A DNA stretch of 64,000 nt, taken from an uncultured Loktanella sp. GTDB lineage: Bacteria; Pseudomonadota; Alphaproteobacteria; Rhodobacterales; Rhodobacteraceae. Made by a program: the position numbers and the translations under genes. The stretch is taken from NCBI GenBank assembly GCA_964614205.1, contig CAZTKF010000007.1:153-64152 (forward strand), given 5' to 3'. Shown here piece after piece: positions 45,831 through 53,059 of the stretch (position 1 is the first letter of the stretch; each line of letters opens with the position of its first letter). Under the pieces are notes generated by a model that saw nothing but the letters and a program-made list of their open reading frames with translations, searched no databases and was not told the origin of the DNA.

Positions 45831-46762
45831 AAAGCGGCCTCCAATTGCGCCCAGCGGTCTGGGGCGGGCAGTCCCAAACGCAGCCAATCAGGGGCATAGG
45901 GAAAGATGCGTGACCAGATCCGGTGTTCGGCAAGCCTGTCTTGAACGGCCATTGCGTCATGCACCCGATAGAGGCGAAAGAGGCTGGTGCCGCCGACAAG
46001 GTCTGCGCCGCTCTTTCCCACAAGCGCATCCAGACGTCTGGCGTTTTCTGCCAGTCGTACCCGTGTTTCCTTGGCCCAAGCGAGGTCAGACAAGGCCTCG
46101 GCCCCGATCGACAGGGCAGGCCCAGAGATTTGCCACGGCCCCAGAAGGTCGGCCAGTCTTGCAATGAGTTCGGGGTCTCCGATGGCGAAGCCAAGCCGAA
46201 GTCCAGCCAGGCCCCAGAATTTGCCAAAACTCTTCAGAACAACAACACCGGGCCGCGATGCCAAATGGATCAGCGACTGATCTGGCATGACGTCGCAAAA
46301 ACTTTCATCGATCACGGTGTAAGCTGCTTCGAAATCGTTGACGCTCCAGATGTGACCATCGGGATTGTTGGGGTGTACCGCGACCAGCGCGTGGCTTGGA
46401 TCTTGCCCCAAGCGCCATCCAGGTGTGGAAAAGGCGGCCCCGTGTTCGTTGTAGGTCGGTCCCGGGATGCAGACCTCGCCTATCGGAATGACGCGTGGGA
46501 GAGCTGCAATAATCGCCGAAGCCCCGGTTGCACCGATGATTGCCGCGCTATCGGGGACGTTCCAGAAACTGCGCGCCAAGGCGTAAATCCGCGCGAATGC
46601 CGCTTCGTCAGGCAAGGCGGTCCAAGTATCCTGTGGCATCTCGGGGATCGGGTATGGGACAGGATTAATGCCAGTCGACAGGTCAAGCCAGTCTGCCCGC
46701 GTCCCGCCATATGTGGCGATGGCCGCATCAAGCCCGCCGCCATGATCGCGTTTGCCGCTCAT
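45827..46762 (-). CDS. cobD: threonine-phosphate decarboxylase (class I/II aminotransferase fold)
   Basis: DHGGGLDAAIATYGG..WLDLSTGINP and KSFGKFWGLAGLRLG (PLP Lys region). ATGA overlap with the DUF1636 stop at 46759-46762. Confidence 0.8.
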   Translation of the reverse strand: MSGKRDHGGGLDAAIATYGGTRADWLDLSTGINPVPYPIPEMPQDTWTALPDEAAFARIYALARSFWNVPDSAAIIGATGASAIIAALPRVIPIGEVCIPGPTYNEHGAAFSTPGWRLGQDPSHALVAVHPNNPDGHIWSVNDFEAAYTVIDESFCDVMPDQSLIHLASRPGVVVLKSFGKFWGLAGLRLGFAIGDPELIARLADLLGPWQISGPALSIGAEALSDLAWAKETRVRLAENARRLDALVGKSGADLVGGTSLFRLYRVHDAMAVQDRLAEHRIWSRIFPYAPDWLRLGLPAPDRWAQLEAAF

Positions 46763-47133
46763 TCGTCTAGCGGCAATGGTGGATGGCGGGTCACGAAATG
46801 GCCTTTCACGGCTTGTGGCCATTCGCGATACGGGACCTGTCCCGTTGCAGAGCCTGCATGCGCCATGGCATAGGCAACGATCCCGCTCGCGGCTTCGGTT
46901 GTCGGTTCAAATGCACCCAAAGTGTAATTGAGTTTGCCCGCGCCCTGAATTGCGACATTGCAGGCATTCTTGCATCCCATCAGACAAGAGACCCTGCGGG
47001 TCTTTACGTCTTGCAGACCGGTTGCTGCAGCCTCGACCAGTTTGGCAAGCGCCTCGCCGTCGGTCTGGGCCATATCGCCCGCGTCCCACCCTTCTTGTTT
47101 GCAGGTGTCGCAAATGGTGATCCAGGTTGTCAT
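46759..47133 (-). CDS. DUF1636 family metal-binding (thioredoxin-like ferredoxin) protein
   Basis: ICDTC...SCLMGCKNAC cysteine pattern; first gene of the cobD-cbiB operon. Confidence 0.7.
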   Translation of the reverse strand: MTTWITICDTCKQEGWDAGDMAQTDGEALAKLVEAAATGLQDVKTRRVSCLMGCKNACNVAIQGAGKLNYTLGAFEPTTEAASGIVAYAMAHAGSATGQVPYREWPQAVKGHFVTRHPPLPLDE

Positions 47134-47328
47134 GCAGGGGAGCCTCTTTCTTGCTGTCGCGTTTCAAGCGCATTCGCGCCGTCAACACAAGGCCATCGGC
47201 AAGGACCTGTCCTTTGGTACAGTTCAATTCCGGCGTTAACACTTCGTTAAGGATTTCGTCACAGTTGTCGTCAGTACGCGGGTGAAGAACCAGTTTTAAC
47301 AAGTTTTGTGGGTACCGGAAGGGTGGGA

Positions 47329-47730
47329 ATGATGAAGGCTTTGATTGTCCAGCGGAATGATGACTTGGGGCGAATCTGGCAGCGGCATCTTGAGCGGCTT
47401 GACGTGCATGTGTCCTGTGTGCGTACGGCCGAAGATGCCTTGCAAATGGTGCAGGCTACTGGGTTCGACGTGATTGTGCTGGATCTGGTTCTGACCGAGG
47501 GCAGCGCCCTGGCGATTGCGGACCTCGTCCAATTCCGTCAGCCGGACGCCAATATTGTTTTCGTCACGGACACCACATTCTTTTCGGACGGGTCCATTTT
47601 CACTCATGCGGGGAATGCCCGTGCCTTGGTGAAAACGGCGACACCTCCCAAAGACCTTGCCGCAATCGTTCACCACTACGCCATCAGGCCCCCCGACCAT
47701 GCGGGGCGTCATAGTCCAGCTCCGGGTTGA
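47329..47730 (+). CDS. single-domain response regulator (receiver only)
   Basis: ALIVQRNDD...DVIVLDLVL...IVFVT...K pattern of a CheY-like receiver. No kinase gene is adjacent. Confidence 0.65.
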   Translation: MMKALIVQRNDDLGRIWQRHLERLDVHVSCVRTAEDALQMVQATGFDVIVLDLVLTEGSALAIADLVQFRQPDANIVFVTDTTFFSDGSIFTHAGNARALVKTATPPKDLAAIVHHYAIRPPDHAGRHSPAPG

Positions 47731-48661
47731 TCGGGATGATCCTGTGCGGGTTAATGCTATTGTGGCTGTAGTGATAGTGCCGCACGATGTGGTGCATGTT
47801 CACGGTCGCAGCGATTCCCGGCATTTGGTAAAGCTCACGCAGAAAGCCCGACATGTTGGGATAGTCCGCAATCCGTTTGCGGTTGCACTTGAAGTGCAGG
47901 TGATAGACCGGATCGAAGCGGACAAGTGTTGTCCAAAGGCGCCAGTCTGCCTCGGTCAGGCGTTCACCTATCAAATACCGGTTTTCGCCCAGCCGTTGTT
48001 CCAGCCAATCCAGCGTGTCAAACAAGGGGTGGACCGCATTTTCATAGGCTTCCTGCGATGTTGCAAAGCCGGATTTATAGACGCCGTTGTTGAGTGTATC
48101 ATAGATGCGGTCGTTCACCGGCGCGATGGCATCGCGCAATTCTTGTGGCCAATAATCATCGGTATTGCCGGTAATTCCATCAAAGGCCGAATTGAACATG
48201 CGGATAATCTCGGAGCTTTCGTTTGAGACGATTGTCTCGCGCTCTTTGTCCCATAAGATCGGCACCGTGACGCGACCATTCATGTCCGGAAGCGCCTTGA
48301 GATAAATATCCCGTGCAAACGGTAGACCATAGAGCGTGTCTCCGGTGGCGCCGTAATCGTCTGTTTCAAAGGTCCAGCCGTCAGAGAGCATGTCGGGATG
48401 CACGGCAGAGATGCCGATATGGCCCGTCAGGCCCTTGAGTTGCCGGAAGACCAGTGTGCGATGGGCCCAAGGGCAGGCATAGGATAGATAGAGATGATAG
48501 CGTCCGCTTTCAGCTTTGAACCCGCCCTCGCCTGATGGGCCGGCAGAGCCATCGGCGGTGATCCAATTGCGGAACTGCGCGTCCTTGCGCACAAATGCGC
48601 CGCCAGTCTTCTTGGTGTCATACCAATCATCATGCCATACACCGTCTACCAGTTGGCCCAT
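47684..48661 (-). CDS. glutathionyl-hydroquinone reductase (Xi-class GST, YqjG/ECM4-like)
   Basis: YLSYACPWAHRT (CPWA active site) and N-terminal MGQLVDGVWHDDWYDT. ATG 48661 is preferred over the 32-aa-longer ORF. Confidence 0.85.
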   Translation of the reverse strand: MGQLVDGVWHDDWYDTKKTGGAFVRKDAQFRNWITADGSAGPSGEGGFKAESGRYHLYLSYACPWAHRTLVFRQLKGLTGHIGISAVHPDMLSDGWTFETDDYGATGDTLYGLPFARDIYLKALPDMNGRVTVPILWDKERETIVSNESSEIIRMFNSAFDGITGNTDDYWPQELRDAIAPVNDRIYDTLNNGVYKSGFATSQEAYENAVHPLFDTLDWLEQRLGENRYLIGERLTEADWRLWTTLVRFDPVYHLHFKCNRKRIADYPNMSGFLRELYQMPGIAATVNMHHIVRHYHYSHNSINPHRIIPINPELDYDAPHGRGA

Positions 48662-48971
48662 CTTCAACATCCTTCTATTTGCCTGCACGCTAGTTAGTAT
48701 TCTGACGCAGATGAACAAATAGGCGCGTAAGCGCACCATCAGTGCATTTGCGCACATAATCTTCCGGTCTTGCTTGCCGCCCCTCGGTGCTTATGCGTCG
48801 CTTAAGCGTTTGCCCAATGCGGCCGTCCCGACTATACCCAGCGGCGACGAAGCCACTACAGGGCCAGAGAGGTTGGAGACGGCAGGGTTGACCCAAAACG
48901 GGAACTGCGCCGCTCGTCGTCAAGACCCGTTGGGATGGGCTCTCTGGCGTGTGACAAAACGGAGGACACCG

Positions 48972-49187
48972 ATGCGGGGTTTTTTAGCAATCTTGATTAT
49001 CTGTTCTGGATCATCGGTGATGGCGCATCCGGGCCATTGGGCCGATGTGGCAGGCCATGACCACTGGATTGCAGGTGCGGCCATCGGTTTGGCCGGCCTT
49101 GCCGCGATCTGGGGCGCCTTGAAGGGCAAGAAAGAAAAGGAAGCCGCCGCCGAGGCTGAGGAAGAGCTGGAAGAGGAAGCGGCATGA
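48972..49187 (+). CDS. small bitopic His-rich membrane protein (71 aa), translationally coupled to cbiX
   Basis: GGAGG SD 7 nt before ATG 48972. Signal peptide MRGFLAILIICSGSSVMA, then HPGHWADVAGHDHW, a TM helix and an acidic tail. The stop overlaps the cbiX ATG (ATGA at 49184). Confidence 0.55.
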   Translation: MRGFLAILIICSGSSVMAHPGHWADVAGHDHWIAGAAIGLAGLAAIWGALKGKKEKEAAAEAEEELEEEAA

Positions 49188-50392
49188 AAACCGGTGTCAT
49201 GATTTGCGGCCACGGATCGCGCAGCCAGTCTGCGGTTGATGAATTCGCGACCCTTGCAGACAAACTGCCAGCCTATCTGCCCGAAGACTGGTTGACCGAG
49301 TACGGCTATCTGGAGTTCGCGAACCCTGTTATACGTGATGGCCTCGACAAACTGCGTGAAGCAGGTTGTGAACGTGTCTTGGCCGTGCCCGGGATGCTCT
49401 TTGCGGCGATGCATGCCAAAAATGACATCCCGACAGTTCTCAATACATATGCCGCAAAACATGGGATCACCGTGCAATACGGTCGCGAACTGGGTGTCGA
49501 TCCCAAGATGATCGCCGCCGCTGCCAGCCGGATTCAGGATGCTGTCGATCGGGCGAATGCCGCAATGGGTGAAATGCCTCTGACCGAAACCTGTCTTGTC
49601 GTGATCGGGCGGGGGGCGTCGGACCCAGATGCAAATGGAAACGTGTCCAAGATTGCGCGGATGTTGCAGGAAGGCATGGGCTTTGGCTGGTGCGAAGTCG
49701 GCTATTCGGGCGTGACCTTCCCCTTGGTCGAGCCGTGTCTGCAGCACGTGGCGCGACTGCCTTACAAGCGCGTCATCGTGTTTCCTTATTTCTTGTTCTC
49801 GGGCATTCTGATCGACCGGATTTATGGATTCACGGATCAGGTTGCCGCCGAGCACACCGATATCCAATTCGTCAAGGCAGGTTATCTGGGCGATCATCCG
49901 AAGGTGCTGGAAACCTTTGCCGAGCGGATCATGGAGCAGGTCAGCGAAACACCGCCACCAAACTGCGGGATCTGCGGGTATCGCAGTCAGGTTTTGGCGC
50001 TGGAAGAAGGTAAGCATCACCATATCAGCGCCGCAGACCGCGCGCATCCGGCATTCGGCGCGGTGCCGCCACCGACCTGCGTGTTGTGCAAATACCGGAC
50101 CGCTGTGCTTGGGTTCGAGGGCGAAGTGGGCGCTGTACAGGAAAGCCACCACCATCATGTCGAGGGTCAGGGTGCAAATGCGCCGGGGTCCAATGTGGCA
50201 GATTGCACACTGTGCGACACCTTCTGCACCGGGATGTGCCGGTTGGAGGCGTCCGATCACCACCATCATCACCACGACCACGGGCATCACCATCACCACG
50301 ATCATGATCACGACCATCATCATCACGCGCCGTACCCCCATGCCAAACACCCGCACGGTCCGGAAAGTGCGCGCAAGACCAGAGCGGGCTGA
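49184..50392 (+). CDS. cbiX: sirohydrochlorin (cobalto)chelatase CbiX, long form with Cys-rich and poly-His C-terminus
   Basis: ICGHGSR...VPGMLFAAMHAKNDIP and a second half VIGRGASDPDANG...PYFLFSGIL. The C-terminus has two PPPxCxxCxYR repeats, CTLCDTFCTGMC and HHHHHHDHGHHHHHDHDHDHHHH. Confidence 0.8.
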   Translation: MKTGVMICGHGSRSQSAVDEFATLADKLPAYLPEDWLTEYGYLEFANPVIRDGLDKLREAGCERVLAVPGMLFAAMHAKNDIPTVLNTYAAKHGITVQYGRELGVDPKMIAAAASRIQDAVDRANAAMGEMPLTETCLVVIGRGASDPDANGNVSKIARMLQEGMGFGWCEVGYSGVTFPLVEPCLQHVARLPYKRVIVFPYFLFSGILIDRIYGFTDQVAAEHTDIQFVKAGYLGDHPKVLETFAERIMEQVSETPPPNCGICGYRSQVLALEEGKHHHISAADRAHPAFGAVPPPTCVLCKYRTAVLGFEGEVGAVQESHHHHVEGQGANAPGSNVADCTLCDTFCTGMCRLEASDHHHHHHDHGHHHHHDHDHDHHHHAPYPHAKHPHGPESARKTRAG

Positions 50393-50426
50393 ATATTCTC
50401 TTGCCACATGAACTCCCGCCGGAGGC
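50393..50426 (-). repeat. dispersed short repeat, copy E (reverse orientation)
   Basis: The reverse complement reads GCCTCCGGCGGGAGTTCATGTGGCAAGAGAATAT. It lies in the cbiX-cobH spacer if cobH starts at GTG 50461. Confidence 0.6.
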
Positions 50427-50460
50427 TCTGGCGGTTATCACCCAAGACAAAGGCCCGCAC

Positions 50461-51096
50461 GTGCGCCCCTACGAAACAGACCCCGCCGCAATTTATGCGC
50501 AAAGTTTTGCAACGGTCCGAGCAGAAGCGCGGCTCGAACGGTTCCCGCCTGCAATGCATCCGTTGTTCACGCGGCTGATTCATTCCTGCGGTATGGTCGA
50601 GATCGCGGACCGGCTGGCTTTCTCGCAAGGCGCTGTGAAAGCCGGGCAAATGGCCCTGAAAGCCGGAGCACCTGTTTTGTGCGATTGTGAAATGGTTGGC
50701 GCTGGGATCATCCGGCGGTATCTGCCCGCTGCGAATGACGTGATTGTGACGCTGAACGACCCGTCGGTGCCCCAGCGGGCGAAAGAGATTGGCAACACCC
50801 GCTCTGCGGCTGCTGTCGAACTTTGGCAGGACCGGATCGAGGGTGCTGTCGTTGCCATCGGGAACGCGCCAACCGCCCTGTTTCACCTGCTTGAACTGCT
50901 GGACGCCGGATGGCCGAAACCTGCGGTGATACTGGGGTTCCCGGTGGGCTTTGTGGGTGCTGCGGAAAGCAAGGCCGAGCTTGCAGCCCGTCCCCGCGGG
51001 TGTGACTATGTCGCGCTGCGTGGACGGCGTGGCGGGTCTGCCATGGCCTCTGCGGCTGTTAATGCCCTCGCTGCGGGGTTGCCCGAAGATGCGTAA
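50461..51096 (+). CDS. cobH: precorrin-8X methylmutase
   Basis: (M)RPYETDPAAIYAQSFATVRAEARLERF...IHSCGM...GNAPTAL...GFVGAAESK. The ORF-track TTG 50401 would translate the repeat element. Confidence 0.9.
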   Translation: MRPYETDPAAIYAQSFATVRAEARLERFPPAMHPLFTRLIHSCGMVEIADRLAFSQGAVKAGQMALKAGAPVLCDCEMVGAGIIRRYLPAANDVIVTLNDPSVPQRAKEIGNTRSAAAVELWQDRIEGAVVAIGNAPTALFHLLELLDAGWPKPAVILGFPVGFVGAAESKAELAARPRGCDYVALRGRRGGSAMASAAVNALAAGLPEDA

Positions 51097-51158
51097 TCAG
51101 GCGCTTGTCATGCCCGACGGGCATTCCGCGCGAAGCCACTGCTAGGAGGCGACAAGCG

Positions 51159-52361
51159 ATGACTGACCCATGGCTCCATATCGTCGGGATCGGTGAGGAC
51201 GGGATGGATGGACTTGTTCCCGCAACCCGTGCCGTCGTCGAGGCCGCAGAGATCATAGTCGGGGGCGAGCGGCACCATACGCTGACCGGAAACCTGACGG
51301 CTGAACGTCTGGCGTGGCCCCACCCGTTCGATGCGTTGATTTCGACAATCGAGGGCCTGCGCGGCAGGCGTGTCGTCATACTGGCGACGGGCGACCCTTT
51401 ATGGTTCTCGGTCGGGGCACGGATTGGTCGTGCCATAGACCCGCGCGAGATTATCTACCATCCGCAACTTTCCGCCTTCCAGCTTGCGGCGGCGCGCATG
51501 GGGTGGTCTTTGCCTGATGTTGAAACGCTGACGGTGCATGGTCGCCCTGTCGAGCAGATGATCGCCTTCATCCAGCCGGATGCGCAGTTGCTGGTTCTTA
51601 CGACCGGAGCTGAGACACCTGCCCAGATTGCAGCTTTCCTGACCGAGCGCGGGTTCGGGCAGTCGAGGATGACCGTTCTGGCTGCGATGGGCGGCAAGGA
51701 TGAGGCCCGCTTTGAGGGGCTGGCTGATAGCTGGGATCACACGGTACCGGCTTTCAACACGCTTGCTGTTCATTGTGTTGCTGCCCCTGATGCAGCTTTG
51801 CTTCCACGTGTTCCGGGGTTGGCTGATGACCTGTTTCAGTCCGATGGGACCATGACCAAGCAAGAAGTACGCGCCGCCACAGTCGCCAAGCTTATGCCCA
51901 TGCGGGGGGCGCTCTTGTGGGATATCGGTTGTGGTTGTGGATCGGTCGCGATCGAATGGATGCGCGCGGCGCGATATGCGCGAGCAATAGGGATTGAGCC
52001 CCGCGCTGACAGGCGTGCCATGGCGGCTGCAAATGCTTTGGCGTTGGGTGTGCCGAAGCTTTCTCTGGTCGATGGGTTGGTGCCTCAGGCGCTGGAAGGC
52101 CTAGAGGCACCCGATGCCATTTTCATCGGTGGCGGGCTGAGCCGTGACACCTTTGATGCGGCTTGGGCGGCGCTGCGCCCCTTGGGCCGACTTGTGGCAA
52201 ACGCTGTGACGTTGGAGAGCGAGGCGGAGCTGATCGCCCTGCACAAGGCGCATGGCGGCGATCTGGTGAAGCTCTTGGTTCATCGCGCGGAGCCGGTGGG
52301 CCGCCTGACCGGATGGCGGCCACTCATGCCGGTTACACAATGGAGTCTAGTGAAGCGATGA
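51159..52361 (+). CDS. cobL: precorrin-6Y C5,15-methyltransferase (decarboxylating), CbiE+CbiT fusion
   Basis: WLHIVGIGEDG N-terminal domain and a C-terminal class I methyltransferase LWDIGCGCGSVAIE. AGGAGG SD at 51144. Confidence 0.9.
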   Translation: MTDPWLHIVGIGEDGMDGLVPATRAVVEAAEIIVGGERHHTLTGNLTAERLAWPHPFDALISTIEGLRGRRVVILATGDPLWFSVGARIGRAIDPREIIYHPQLSAFQLAAARMGWSLPDVETLTVHGRPVEQMIAFIQPDAQLLVLTTGAETPAQIAAFLTERGFGQSRMTVLAAMGGKDEARFEGLADSWDHTVPAFNTLAVHCVAAPDAALLPRVPGLADDLFQSDGTMTKQEVRAATVAKLMPMRGALLWDIGCGCGSVAIEWMRAARYARAIGIEPRADRRAMAAANALALGVPKLSLVDGLVPQALEGLEAPDAIFIGGGLSRDTFDAAWAALRPLGRLVANAVTLESEAELIALHKAHGGDLVKLLVHRAEPVGRLTGWRPLMPVTQWSLVKR

Positions 52362-53059
52362 AGGGCGTTCTTTACGGTGTAGGTTTGGGGCCGGGTGCGC
52401 CCGACCTTATGACGCTGCGCGCGGCGCGACTGATTGAGGCGGCCACGGTGGTGGCTTATCCCACGCTCGCGGGGGCTGCGAGTTTTGCGCGTTCTATTGC
52501 CGCTGATCTGATAGCCCCCGACGCGCGGGAGATCATAATGGATGTCCCGATGTCAGTGGAACGTGCGCCCGCGCAGGAAGCCTATGACAAGGGCGCAGCC
52601 GAGATTGCCGCCGTATTGGAAGCTGGACATGATGTCATATGTCTCTGCGAAGGCGACCCGTTTTTTTATGGCTCTTTTATGTATCTCTTTGCGCGGTTGT
52701 CTGCCGCCTATCAAGTCAAGGTTATTCCCGGTGTCACCTCGGTCACGGCATGCGCGGCACGGGCCGGCATGCCGCTGGCCGCCCGCAATGAACGGCTGAC
52801 GGTATTGCCTGGACCTTTGCCAGAAGACGAATTGCGCGCACGGATCGAAGGCGCAGAGAGCGTCGTCATCATGAAGGTCGGGCGGCATCTGGCCAAGATA
52901 CGTGGCGTGATTGACAGGCTGGGCCTGACTGGCGATGCCGTTTATGTCGAGCGGGCGACCTTGCCGGAAGAGGTTGTGCTACCATTGGCAGATGCACCCG
53001 AGAAGGCGCCGTACTTCTCGATGATCTTGTTGACGAAAGGGGCCGATCCTTGGCTTTGA
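52358..53059 (+). CDS. cobI: precorrin-2 C20-methyltransferase
   Basis: LYGVGLGPGAPDLMTLRA, CEGDPFFYGSF, APYFSMILL. ATGA overlap with cobL. Confidence 0.9.
   Translation: MKGVLYGVGLGPGAPDLMTLRAARLIEAATVVAYPTLAGAASFARSIAADLIAPDAREIIMDVPMSVERAPAQEAYDKGAAEIAAVLEAGHDVICLCEGDPFFYGSFMYLFARLSAAYQVKVIPGVTSVTACAARAGMPLAARNERLTVLPGPLPEDELRARIEGAESVVIMKVGRHLAKIRGVIDRLGLTGDAVYVERATLPEEVVLPLADAPEKAPYFSMILLTKGADPWL

Noticed and set aside
48920-50407. 495-aa minus-strand ORF antisense to cbiX
   Set aside because: It is a shadow ORF in GC-rich DNA. Its VMMMVVIMIVVMVMPVVVVMMVV tract is just the reverse complement of the CbiX poly-His codons, and the cbiX strand has clear family motifs.
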